64,000 bases of DNA from the human T2T-CHM13v2.0 reference genome, Homo sapiens. Of this stretch, positions 46,670 to 59,886 are shown piece by piece; position 1 is the stretch's first letter, and every line of letters begins with the position of its first letter. The translations under genes and the position numbers were made by a program. Under the pieces are notes generated by a model. The model did no database searches and had not been told where the DNA came from. It was given only the letters and a program-made list of their open reading frames with translations. The stretch is taken from the NCBI RefSeq assembly GCF_009914755.1, contig NC_060940.1; one strand, written 5' to 3'.

Positions 46670-46728
46670 ATATATATACATATTTTTATATTATACATAT
46701 ATACACACATATATACATATATGTGTAT
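46670..46728. repeat. (TA/CA)n tract
   Basis: Direct reading. Confidence 0.75.
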
Positions 46729-49700
46729 AATTTGTTTGGGTAAGCAAAAATTCCAAAGTTTCTTTAACAATGTTAAAGAAAAGGAAGTAAAGCTGCCATT
46801 CAACATAAGAAACATAAATATCTTTTATTATTACTACATTTTTGAAGAGGACATCCAGTGTTGGCTATAATTTTTTATCTTAATTTACTAAGTAAATCTT
46901 TATAATGGAAGGGTTGTGTCAGGTGAGATGTTAGTAGAAAAAGTGTGCTGCTAGAGTTTTGGGTGTTTGTAAAATTGCAAAGCTTAGTATATGTGTTATT
47001 ATCAAAGTCATCACTTACACTATCTGTAATATACAGATTAAAAGAGAAAACAAAATAGTAGTGCTTAGGGAAATATAAAAATTGCTAATAAAATGCATTT
47101 ATGCTATTGAAAGTCAAGTCTCTTAACTAAATGTGCAACATAAAATAAAGTAAATGTCATTAATAATATATTAATGCATAAAGGTTCAAACCCAACAATG
47201 ACTATTTTTGTATATTTACTGGTTATATAGGAAGCATTGTTCATATTATTCAGAATATAGTTGAAACGGGGTTTTGGCAAAATTTTTATTACTTCTACTA
47301 TATTTTAGTTTAAAAAACATCAATTTTGAGCAATGACATCAGCAAAATGGCAGAATAGGAAGACTCAGATTTTCCTGCTCCCCCAGAGACGTCAGTTTAA
47401 CAACAGTATATATCCAATTGCCTTTGTGCAAAATCAAAAAACCAGGTAGGAGATTTGTGCACTCCAGGCAAGCACAATGCCGTCTGAATGGAATTCTCTT
47501 AGGAAAATTTATGATACTCACTTCTCAGAGCCCTTCTCCTAGTACAGTGCAATGCAATTAGGAGAAAATTTCCAACTTCTCTCTGGGAAGATAAATAGGA
47601 GAGGAAAAAATATGTTAGAATAAAAGGTATGTTAACTATCTTGAATTTTTATAGGGCTTCCTGAGGAACTGGTTTCTATCTTTTCTAAGTACTGACAGGA
47701 GTAGGGAGCCTGGTTGGGGCTGCTGAGAACAAAGGCAATTAACATGGCTTGGTTTAGTGCCAGTCTGCAGTACCACAGAAAGTCACCAGGGGAGCTCCTG
47801 AGTAGGAACTGGCAAACCTCTGTAATTAGATTACACGCAAACCCACGATGACATAGCCTCAGAAAAGTCTTGAGAGGTCTCCAGAATCTATAGCCCATCT
47901 GGTTGTTGAAAGTCTTCCCTGCACAAAACTGGATCACAAAGACTGAGAGAGGTGGCTGATTTTCAAATGCTCAAGTCCCAACAGAAGATAAGGAGGCATA
48001 TAAAGAAACAGTAGAAATAAGGCCCAATCAAAGACCCATACTAATTCTCCAGTAATCACCCCTAAAAAAACAGATATATGGATTACTAGCCAAAGATTTC
48101 AAAATAATCTTCAAAAGATGCTCAATGAATTATAAGAGAATAGAAACAATAAAATAAGGAAAACAAGGCATAAACCAAATGAGAATATCAGTACAGAGAG
48201 AAACTGTGAAGAACTGAACAGAGATTCTGCAGCTAAAGAACATGACAACTGAGTTGAAAAATTCACTAGAGAGACTCAACAGCAGACTTGAACAGATGAA
48301 AAAAGAATCAGTGAACTCAAAAATAGAAAATTCAAAATTACTGAAGCAGAAGTCCAAAAAGAAAAAAAAAATAAAGAAAAGAACAGACTAAGGGACTTAG
48401 GAGACACCATCAAGTGAAACAACAAAAGCATTTATTAAATCTGAGAAGGAAAACAAAGAGAGAAAGGGACAGAGAGCTTACTTGAAGAAATATTGACCAA
48501 AAACTTCCGAAATCTGAAGTGAGAAATGGACACACAAATTCAAAATCTGAAAGAGCTCTGACTAGGATAACTCGAAAGAGATATCACCAAAACACATCAT
48601 AATCAAACCATCAAAAGTCACAAAGAGAATTTTGAAGGCAGCAGGAGAAAAGTGACTCACCATATACAAGGGAACTTCTATTAGATTATCAGGAGATTGT
48701 CGCAGAAACTTTGCAGGCTAGATTGAAGTGGGATGATATATTCAAAGTGCTGGAAGAAAAACTACCAACTAAGAAACTATATCCAGCAAAACTGCATTTC
48801 AGAACTAAAGAATAAATGAAGACTTCCCCAGATAAAAATGGAAGGAGTTAATTACAACTAGAGCTACTTTACAAGAAAAACTAAAGGTAGTCTTTCAAGA
48901 TGAAGTGAAAGAATAATAAATAGCAACAGGAAACTATATGAAAATGTAAAACTCTCTGGTAAGGGTAAATATATAGAAAAATATAGAATCCTATAGTATT
49001 ATAATGCAGGTGCATAAATAATTTTTGATGTGTTGTAGGATTAAAAAAACAAAAGCATAAATAGTAATTATAACTTCATATTAATAGACCCACAATATAA
49101 AAAGCTAATTTGTGTCACTAATGTAGTGCAGGAGTAACAGAGATGAAAAGGAGTACAGTTTTTATATGTAATTAAGTTATAATCAGTTTAAAATATATTG
49201 TTACAATTTTAAAATGTTTTATGTAATTATAATGGTAACCACAAATAAAATGTGTATAGAATATACACGAAGAAAAATGAGAAGCATATCAAAACATGTC
49301 ATTATAAAAATTAATAAAACACAGAAAGAGGCAGCAAGAGAGAAAAGGAGAGACAAAAAGCTATATTATATACTGAAAACAGTTAACAGGATGGAAATAG
49401 TAAATCCTTTCATAACAGTAATTACTTTAAATGTAAATAAATTAAGCCCCCAAATTTGAAGACATAGATTGGGTAAATTGATATAAAACAAGATTCAACC
49501 ATATGCTGTCTACAAGAAACTCACTTTCAATCTAAGGATGCACATAGGTTAAAAGTGAAAGGATAGAAAATGGTATTCCATGCATAAAAACTTAAAGAGA
49601 GCAGGGGTGGCCATAGTTAACTCATGCAAAGTAAACTTTAAGACAAAAACTGTCTCAAGAGACGAAGGAGTACATTATGTAATTATAAAAAACCAAATTC

Positions 49701-49882
49701 ACCAGAAAGATAGAACACTTAGAAATATGCATGTAATTAACATTAGAGCTCCCAAATATATGAATCAAACATTGATAGAAATACAGGGAAAAACAGAAAG
49801 CAAGTTAATAGTAGTAGAAGGTTTCAATACTCTACTTTCAGATATGGATAAAACAACCAAATAGAAGCACAATTTAAAAAGA

Positions 49883-51037
49883 GGGAATGCAAATTAGTAC
49901 AGCCATTAATTGAAAATGTATGAAGTTTCTTAAAAAGTTAAAAATATAGTTTGTATCTAGCACTATTGGATATATATCTAAAAGAAAAAAAGTAAATTAC
50001 TGTGTCAAAGTGATATCTGCACTCATATTTATTGCAGCATTATTCAGAATAGTGAGGATATAAAATCAACCTAAGTGCCCATCAACAGATTAGTAGATAA
50101 AGAAAATATGGTGTATGTATACACATTAGAATACTGTTCAGCCTTAAAAAAGAAGGCGATCCTGTCATTTCTGACAACATGGATGAAACTGAAGGGCATG
50201 GTGTTAAGTGAAATAAGCCAGGCACCAAAAGATAAATACTGCCTGATCTCACTCCTATATGGAATCTAAAAATGTTGATCTCATATAAATAGAGAGTAAA
50301 ATGGTGCTCATCAGAAGATAGGGAAGCAGTGGGGAAGAGGGTTGGGAAAATGTTGGTCAAAGGTTACAACATTTCAATTAGATAAGAGGAGTAAGTTCAA
50401 GATATGTATTACATACGTCATGAGGACTGTAGTTAACAACAGTGTACTATATTCTTGAAAAGTGCTAAGAAAGTAGATTTTAAGGGTTCTCACCGCAAAA
50501 TGACAACTATATGAAGTAATGCATGCTATGGTTTGAATGTGTCCCCCAAAGTTCGTATGTTGGAAACTTACTGTTCAATGCAACAGTGTTGGAAAGTAGC
50601 GCCTATTAAGATGTGTTTAGGTCAAGAGGACTCTGCCTTCATGAATGGGTTAATTTTTTTTTATCACAAAAGTGATTAGTTATCATGAGAGTGGGCTTGT
50701 TATAAAAGTGAGTTTGGCCCTCTCTTGCTGTCTTAGTCTTCCTGTTTCTGCCATGGGATGATGCAGTAAGTAGGCCCTCACCAGAGTCCACAACCATGCT
50801 CTTGGACTTTCTAGCCTCCAGAACAGTGAGCCTAGTTAATTTCTGTTCCTTATAAATTACCCAGTCTCAGGTATTCTGTCACAGCAGCAAAAAATGGGCT
50901 AAGATAAGATATATACATGTTAATGAGTTTGATCTAGCCATTTCACAATGTACATATATTTCAAAACACTATGTTGGACATGATAAATTTGTATGTATAT
51001 AATTTCATCTGTCAAGTAAAAAAAAAAAAAAAAAAAA
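49883..51037 (+). mobile_element. L1MA 3' end inserted in the L1MB ORF2 (contains an MST LTR)
   Basis: Abrupt jump from the EN domain to ORF2-end/3'UTR sequence; A20 tail at 51018-51037; host EN sequence then resumes. Confidence 0.85.
50524..50906 (+). mobile_element. MST-family (MSTB1/MSTC-like) solo LTR inside an L1MA 3'UTR
   Basis: TGCTATGGTTTGAATGTGTCCCC...ataaattacccagtctcaggtattc...ctaagata. Confidence 0.85.
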
Positions 51038-51468
51038 CCAGAGGACTTGAATAACACTATATACCAATCAGACCTAATAGACATATACAGAACACTCCAC
51101 CCAATAGCTGTGGAATACATGTTTTTCTCAACTGCACATGGAACATTCTCGAAGGCAGACCACATGTTAGACCACAAAGCAAGTCTTAACAAGTTTAAGG
51201 AGACTGAAAAAATGCAAAGTAAGTTTCTGACCACTATGGAATGAAACTAGAAGTCAATAACAGAAAGAAAACAAAATCCACAAGTAAGTAAAAATTAAGT
51301 CACTTTTAAATAACCAATGGGTTAAAGAAGAAATCACAAGGGAATTTGGAAAATATCTGGAGACAAATGAAAATGAAAGCACAACATACCAAAACTTGTG
51401 GGATACAGTGAAATAAGTACTAAGAAAGTTTACAGTGGCAAACACTCACATTAAAAAAATAGGAAAAA

Positions 51469-52742
51469 TTATATGAAACCACTAAAAGAAAACATTGGGG
51501 AAACACTCCAGGACATTGGTCTGGGCAAAGATTTCTTGAGTAATATCCCTTAAGCACCGGCTACCAAAGCCAAAATGGACAAATGGGATCACATCAAGTT
51601 AAAAAACTTCTGCATGGCAAAGGAAACAACCAGCAAAGTGAGGAGACAACCCACAGAATAGGAGAAAATATTTGCAAAGTTTCCATCTGATAGGGGATTA
51701 ATAAAGAGAATATATAAGGAGCTTAAACAACTCTATAGGAAAAATCTAATAATCTAATTAAAAATGGGCAAAATATCTGAATAGACATTTTGCAAAAGAA
51801 GACGTACAAATGGCAAACAGATTTATGAAAAGGTGCTCAACATCACTGATTGTCAGAGAAATGCAAATCAAAATTGCAATGAAATATCATTTCACCCCAG
51901 TTAACATGGCTTTTATCCAAAAGATAGGTAATAATGAATACTGGCAAGAATATGGAGAAAGGGGAACCCTCATATGCTGTTGGTAGGAATGTAAATTAGT
52001 ACAGCCATTGTGGATAACAGTATGGAGGTTTCTAAAAAACTGAAAATACAACTACCATATGATCCAGCAATCCCATTGCTAGGTGTATACCCCAAAGAAA
52101 GAAAATCAGTATATCAAAGAGATATCTGTTTATTGCAGTACTATTCACAATAGCCAAGATTTGGATTTAATCCAAGTGTCTATTAACAGATGAATAGATA
52201 AAACGTGGTACATATACACAATGAAGTATTATTCAGCTATAAAAAGGAACAAGATCCTGTCATTTGCAACAACATAGATGAAACTGGAGGTCACTATGAT
52301 AAGTGAAATAAGCCAGGCACCCAATGACACTCTTAACATGCCCTCTCTGATTTGTCAGAGCCAAAAATTGAAACAATTGAACACATGGAGATAAAAAAAT
52401 GGAATGATGATTACCAGAGGCTGGGAAGGGTGGGAGAGGGGTGGGGGCAAGTGGGGATGGTTAATGGGTACAAAAATATAGTTATAAAGAATGAATAAAT
52501 TCTAGTATTTGATAGCACAACAGAGGGACTATCGTAAAAAATAATTTATTGTACATTTAAAAATAACTAAAATAGTATAATTGGATTTTTTATAACACAA
52601 AGAAAGGATAAGTGCTTGAGATGATGGATACCCCATTTACCCTGATGTGATTATTACACATTGTATATCTGTATCAACATATCTCATCTGTGTCATAAAT
52701 ATGTACACCTAAATATACCCATAAAAATTAAAAAATTAAAAA
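51469..52742 (+). mobile_element. L1MA1-3-like 3' portion inserted in the L1MB ORF2
   Basis: aaacattggggaaacactccaggacattggtctgggc; 3'UTR gatggataccccatttaccctgatgtg; flanking repeat aggaaaaat. Confidence 0.87.
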
Positions 52743-55700
52743 AGGAAAAATCTCAAATAAACAGCTTTACTCCTGAAGGAACTAGAAAAAGAAGAACAAA
52801 CTAAACCAAAAGTTAGCAGAAGGAAGAAAATTATAAAAATTAGAAAAGAGAAAAATGAAATTGTGTATAAAAGAATGGAAACAAATCAATAAAACCGAGT
52901 TTATTTCATCAAAATTAACAAACCTTTACCTAGACTAACAATGAAGAAAGAGAGAAGACTCAAACAACTAAAATGAGAAATGAAAGAAGAGGTATTACAA
53001 TTAAAGTGAGAAGGGAAATGTTTTATGAGAACTACTTGAACAACTACGTGCCAACAAATTGGAAAACCAAGAAGAAATGGGTAAATTTTTCTAAACATAC
53101 AACCTTTCAAGATTGAATCATGGAGAAACAAAACATCTGAACAGACCTTTACCTAGTAAGCAGATTGAAGCAGTAAGCAAACACCTCCCAACCTAGAAGA
53201 GCCCAGGACCAGATGGCTTCACTGGAGAACTCTACCAGACATTTAAAGAAGAGTTAACAGCAATCTTCCTCAAGCTCTTCCAAAGAATTGAAGAGGAAGA
53301 AAACTTCCAAATTCATTTTATGGGGCCAGCATTATCCTGATATCCAAACCAGACAAAGACACACCAGGAAAACTGTGGACTAACATCTCTACAGAATACT
53401 GATGCAAAAATCCTCAACAGAATACTAGTAAACTGATTGAATAGCACATTAAAAGATTATACACTATAACCAAGTGGGATTTATGCCTGGAATGAAAGGA
53501 TGTTTCAAAATATGAAAATCAATTACTGTACTACATCATAGTAACAGAATGAAGGGGAAAAAACACATGATTATCTCAAGTGATGCAGCAAAACTACTTG
53601 ACAAAATTCAATACCCTCTCATGATAAATATACTTAAAACTAGAAATTGAAGGAAACTATCTCAACATAATAAAATACATATATGAAAAGTTCACAGCTA
53701 ACATCATAATCAATGGAGAAAGACTGAAAGTTTTTCTTCTGAGATCACGAACACAGCAAAGAGGTCTGCTTTCACTACTACTATGCACCATAGTACTGGA
53801 AGTCCTAGCCAGAGCAATTAGACAAGAAAAAGAAATAAAATGCATCCAAAATAAATGATTTTAACAAAGTTGCAGAATATAAAATCAACACACAAAATAA
53901 GCAACATTTCTATACATTAACAATAACCAGTTCAAAAAAGAAATTAGAGTGTTACTATAACATCAAAGAAGATAAAACAACTAGCAACAAAATTAATCAA
54001 GGAAGTGAAAGAGTTATACACTAAAAAGCCATCAAACGTTGCTAAAAGAAATAAAAGAATACACAAATAAATAGAAAGACATCCAGTGTTTGTGGATTGG
54101 AAACTTAATGTTAGAATATCCATACTACCCAAAGTGATCTACAGATTAAATGCAATTCTTATCAAAATGCAAGTGACATTTTTTTTCAGAAATTAAAAAA
54201 AACCTTGAAATTCATATGGAATCTTAAGGCACTCTGAATAATCAAAATGATCTTGAAAACAAATAAACTAGATTGGAGGCCTCAATCCTCCTTTCAAAAC
54301 ATATGACGAAGCAGCAATAGTCAAGTTTACTGTGGTACTGGCATAAAAACAGATATATAAAACAATGGAACAGAATGCAGAGCCCAGAAATGAACTCTGG
54401 TGTATACTACAGAATTATCTTCCACAAGGATGCCAATCCACACAGTGGAGGAAAGGACAGTCTCTTCAACAAAGGATGTAGGAAAAGTGGATAGTCCTAT
54501 GCAAAAGAATGAAGTTTGAGCTTTATCTTACCTCACAGACAAAAATTAACTCAAAATGAATAAAGACGTAGACATAAGACCTAAAACTATAAAATCCCCG
54601 GAAGAAAGCATAAACGACATTGAATTTGGCAATGATTCATTGGATATGACATCAAAAGCACAGGTAACTAAACAAAAACAGGCAAATGGGACTACATCAA
54701 ACTTCTGTTCACAAACGGAAACAAAAGGTGAAAAATCAACCTACAAAATAGAAAAAGACATTTGCAAGTAATGTATCTTACAAGGGGTTAATATCTAGAC
54801 TATGTAAGAAACTTCCACAATTCCACAATACCAAAAACAAATAACCTGATTTAAAGATGAGCAAATAACTTAATAGACAATTCTCCAAAGAAGACATAAG
54901 AATGGACAACAAGCATGTGAAAAGAGGCTCAGCATCACTAATCAAGATAAATGCAAATCAAAACCTCAATGAGATATCATCTTATACCCATTGGTGTGGC
55001 CACTATCAAAAGAATAGAAAACAAGTTCAAATAAGGATACAGAGAAATTAAAGCCCTGTGCACTGTTGGTAAAAATGTAAAATGATTCAGCTGCTATAAA
55101 AAATAGTATAAAGGTTCCTCAAACTTTAAAAATGAATGATTATGTGATCCAGCAATCCCACTTCTGGATATGTATCCAAAATAATTCAAAGCATTATCTT
55201 AAAGGAATACTTGCACACTCATGTTCTTTGTAGCATTACTCACTATGGTCAAAAGGTGGAAGAATTCCAAATGTCCACTGAGAGATGAGTGAATAAAGAA
55301 AATACAGTGTATACATATAATGGAATACTGTGCAGCCTTAAAAAGAGGGAAACCCGGTCACATCCTACAATATGGATGAACATTGAGGACACCATGCTAA
55401 GCGAAATCAGTCAGTCACAAAATGACAAATACCATATAATTCCACTCATATGAAGCATCTGAAGTAGTCAAAATCAGAAACATAAAGTAGAAAGGTGGTT
55501 GCCAATGGCTGCAGGAGGGGAGGGAAGAGAGGGATTTAATGTTTAATGGGTATAGAGTTTCAGTTCTAGAGATTTGTTGGATCACAATGTGAATATTCTT
55601 ATCACTACTGAACTATACTTAAAAATGATTATGATGGTAAATTTAATGTTGTATTTTTTTTAACTACAATAAAAATGAAGGTAAAAGCACAATGTCTAAA

Positions 55701-56429
55701 AAGTATCCATTTCATTTGGAAGATATAAAGACAAATCAAACAATGTAAAAGAAATGAAATGATTACCCAGATTTGAAATGAAAAGATTCCTATAATAGAA
55801 ATGTAGGGTAAAATAACTGTTAGATGAATAAATGAAACAAAAACATTGTATGTTAATTTCTTTCTAGTCTTTCAATGTAATATAGTTCCACTCTTGCCTT
55901 CTGGCCCTTTTCTAGTCTAAACTATAGTTTAGGATCCTCCATGGACCACTGTGGTGGGATATACAGTTCTCTGGCAAGTTGTAACAAGAAAATAATTCAA
56001 AGCCTGATTTTAAGAATTTCAACATTTTGATCTGATTTACATGGCTTTTGCCAGGCAGGGTGTAACCTATAGTATGGACGTGGGAGACCTTAAACACCAG
56101 GGTCTTTTCTTAATTGGTGGAAAACATAACCAAAATACAGACACAGGGAGAAGTGATTAAAGGAATCTGAATCAGCAGTACAGGTGTGCAAAATTAGATC
56201 TCCACACTTTTCTGACTTTTCCTTCGATTTTCTGATGTTAAACACCATCCTGGAGGGAATGGAGAAATGATGCATAAGTTAGTAGGTCTTGGAGATGAAC
56301 CCTTTTCTGCCACCAGTGGGTCATATCCCACAAGCTGTAATCCCTCTGCTCATCAGATTTCTTTTCTGTGTCGTGTGAGTTGTACTAATATAATGATTAC
56401 AAAAGGAATATTGATCATGCGCCTCCTAG

Positions 56430-56630
56430 GCATGCTCATTTCACAGGACATTGTCTTAACCATGAGGTTGATACCGTACTCATCGTTGGTGCACAGATGA
56501 GGAAATTAAGGATCAAGGATTATTATCCTGATGCAGCTTGCCCAAGGCCGTGCAGCTAGTGGGTGGTGGAACCTGTACAGACACTGAACCTGGGTGGCCA
56601 AGCTCTGACATTGCCTGCTTAGACCAATTC
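56430..56630 (-). mobile_element. MIR
   Basis: acagatgaggaaattaagg, cttgcccaagg...cagctagt. Confidence 0.7.
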
Positions 56631-56766
56631 TCTGTACAGTTTTAATGCAGAGATCTAAAGCTGGGAAGTAAGTGAGGGCCCACTAAGCACAAGGCATTCA
56701 ATAGTTGTCATATGTTATACCACAGTAACTCTTTGGTCATGATTCTCCTATCGGGTCATAAAATAA

Positions 56767-57157
<391 letters not shown>

Positions 57158-57770
57158 TGAGGCCTCTCTGTTTACCATATCTCAAGCACTCACTGTTTCA
57201 TTTGTCTAGGCAACTCTCTACCCCTCTGCAGCCATCAGGCAGAGACAGGTTTTGCAGTGACTTGAAATGCTCAGGTCTTCTATTGAGGGCCAGCCCCCAA
57301 TTCCTTCTATTACTGTAGCCCATTGATATGGAAAAATCCGCCAGTATTGGTCACTATAATAATTTATACATTGTCCCAAAGAAGTTATTATTGTTATAAA
57401 ATGTTTATTTTTCATTTTTGCTATGTGTACTTATCCATTTAAGATGCATTCTCTAATTTGTTTTAAGAGAACAATTAAATACAATATTGTAACAACGAGA
57501 CAACTTTTTTCTTCTGGAGAGCCCACAACCGTCCCACAGACATGATATTTTCTTCAAAGGACTGATATAATTATTCAATTAGATAACAAATGGCATATAG
57601 TATGTGTTCAGTAAAATTTAATCTCCTTCAATAATTAGTTAACATAAACTGTTAATTTATATCTGCTTTTACTTAGCATATGATTGAAAAAATAAAATCA
57701 GGAATGCAAGTCTAGGAACACAGAATAAACACTCAACCCATGACCTTTCTTTATTTTATTGTATTTATCC

Positions 57771-58040
57771 TTTTTTTTTTTTTTTTTTTTTTTTGAGACA
57801 GAGTCTCGCTCTATTGGCCAGGCTGGAGTGCAGTGGTGTAATCTTGGTTCACTGCAACCTCTGCCTCCCGGGTTCAAGCGAATTCCTGCCTCAGCCTCCC
57901 AAGTAGTTGGGATTACAGTTGCCTGCGACCACACCCTGCTATTTTTTTTATTTTTAGTAGAGATGGGATCTCACCATGTTGGCCAGGCTGGTCTCGAACT
58001 CCTGACCTCAAGTGATTTGCCCACCTTGGCCTCCCAAAGT
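57771..58040 (-). mobile_element. AluSx/Sz-like, 5' ~35 nt missing, long T tail
   Basis: Stops at cccaaagtg. Confidence 0.92.
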
Positions 58041-58134
58041 GTTTGCTGTGTTTTCCTAGGGCCTAAGGTTTTTGCTGCCACTGACAAGGGTCAGGAAGGA
58101 GGTATACTCTGATTTAGGGGCAATAAGTCCTAGG

Positions 58135-58255
58135 GTGAGAGCAGTAAAACTGGAGTCAGAAAAGCCAAATCCAGTCCTCAGCATTTATTACTAACTCTAT
58201 GACCTCTTCGAATCATTTAAATTCTCTGTTCTTGTTTTCTCTTGTAAAACAGGAA
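58135..58255 (+). mobile_element. MIR fragment
   Basis: ctggagtcaga...caaatccag...ttactaact.tatgacc. Confidence 0.65.
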
Positions 58256-59299
58256 AAGAAAAAAGATGCATTCTGCTTTGTTTGCAGGCATGAGCTAAAC
58301 AAGCATGTTTAGTTCTTACGGGTATTTCTGTCATTTTCTCACTCTTTGACAAACCTATCTGATCTTTGACAAACCCACTCTCATTATTCCATAAGAAAGT
58401 GGTGTTAAAGGCTTATGTTTCTTCCAATTTGTGATTACCAAGAGGCACTTAAGAACTCCAGGATTTCCATTTGTATAAAATCTAGCACATTATCAGTAAA
58501 ACATCTTGACATTTATTTTAAATAGATTATTTATCTGCTATGAACCATGTGACATGCTTCTTGTTATGTGATAGTAACTCCATTATTTAGACATTTTAAA
58601 ATTCCATTCAAGAAACAGTTGTATCCATGGACCAGCCATTCAAAGAGTAATTTTTCTTTAATCATTGATCTTCCAAATTCAACTTTACTCCTCTCTCCTT
58701 TAAGTCACCTGAATTACATCGTCACATTGTTCAGTGTTTGTGTGAATGTGTATGCATGTGTGTATGTGGTGGTGGTGGAGGTCCCTTTCTTCAGTATTCC
58801 CTCATTTCCTACTTTGGGCCTTTTTGGAAATGTTATTAAAAATTTTGATTATAGAATGGTACTTCATATTCACAGCATGATGCATTCATCAACATAAATC
58901 TAGCCAAAGCATTTCATTTGTGGATTTATACACCTGAAGCATTAAAATAAGAAATGTTAATTTCTTGCAGACTACTACCAGATGATTTTAAATATCTGCT
59001 AAGCAGGAATGTCTGTTCCCATGTGGGGAATTTCCATAATAAAATCCTGGCACCCTCGCTGAAGAGTACAGTTTTATAGAAACAGAGAAAAACAACAGCA
59101 AGTATTTTCCCTGAGGACGGTTTTAGCTACAATTTCCCAATGCTGCTTAGTTATTTCTGTCTTATTTTATGCTTTTGTTTTGAAACATAATGCAATTTTA
59201 CCTGGATGCACTCCCGGATAATCAGGAATGGCTCAGTGTGTTTTCTGGCTCTTGCAAATGCAAGACCTCCAGAAAATCAGAAGGCTCCACCGCCTTGTC

Positions 59300-59801
59300 C
59301 CTTCCCCCACTCACACCTCCAGCTGGGAGAAAAGGGTTAAGGATTATTGGAAAATAGAAGAGAAGGGAGGGAGCCCCAAGGAGGCCCACGAACGGGAGGC
59401 CGCGCCTCTGGGTGCAGCGGAGCTCGAGCGCTGTTGTGTGTTTGGAAGGAAGGATGCTGCTGCCAATTTGTGGGACCGCTGCTGCGAGGAGTGGGCGTGG
59501 CCTCGGCGGTGTGGATGCTTGTTAGGAAAGATGCTGAGTGCTTTTCAGTGAGGAGTCAGGGAGGTGTGTGTGAGAGAGAGAGAGAAAAGAGAGAGACAGA
59601 GACGGGGAGAGAGAGAGGGAGAGAGAAGAGAGGGAGGAGGGAAGAAGAAAAGACGGAGGGAGGTGAGGAGGAAGGGAGGGGGAGAGACAGAGACCTAGAG
59701 GGGCTGAAGACCCAGACAGAGCTGGCAGAGCTACTGAGAAGAGGACTGGAGCGCTCTGAGAGCCTCTCAAGATCTTTTGGGGGAGCCCAATAAATGTGAA
59801 C
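59300..59801 (+). promoter_or_regulatory. CNTNAP4: CNTNAP4 promoter and 5' leader
   Basis: Local GC/CpG rise at 59385-59510, SP/KLF/EGR-like GAGTGGGCGTGGCC (~59489-59502), Inr-like TCAGT (~59545), directly upstream of the coding exon. The exact TSS cannot be read from sequence. Confidence 0.75.
59565..59700 (+). repeat. (GT)n-(GA)n / polypurine tract in the CNTNAP4 5' leader
   Basis: gtgtgtg followed by gagagagagagag...ggaggaggg; about 130 nt almost entirely purine. Confidence 0.9.
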
Positions 59802-59886
59802 ATGGGATCTGTCACGGGAGCTGTCCTCAAGACGCTACTTCTGTTATCTACTCAAAATTGGAACAGAGTCGAAGCTGGGAATTCCT
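59802..59886 (+). CDS. CNTNAP4: CNTNAP4 (contactin-associated protein-like 4 / Caspr4) coding exon 1, signal peptide
   Basis: gaacATGg (A at -3, G at +4). Translates to MGSVTGAVLKTLLLLSTQNWNRVEAGNS plus 1 nt, which I recognise as the Caspr4 N-terminus. It ends at a consensus donor T|GTAAGT (59887-59892), 85 nt, phase 1. Too short for the ORF track. Confidence 0.93.

Larger units (their letters stand above)
47330..55675 (+). mobile_element. Near full-length ancient L1MB (L1MB1-3-like) with nested insertions
   Basis: 5' YY1-like CAAAATGGC, ORF1 relic (~47980-48960), ORF2 relics (49580-49864, 51047-51244 [11 protein letters not shown], 52745-55400), L1MB 3'UTR ending AATAAA. Confidence 0.82.

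Noticed and set aside
59347-59793. 148-aa ORF (and overlapping 107-aa and antisense 102-aa ORFs) at the promoter as independent genes
   Set aside because: They stay open because GC/GA-rich sequence lacks stops; low complexity and a non-ATG start for the 148-aa ORF. Only the ATG-initiated part is kept, as a candidate uORF.
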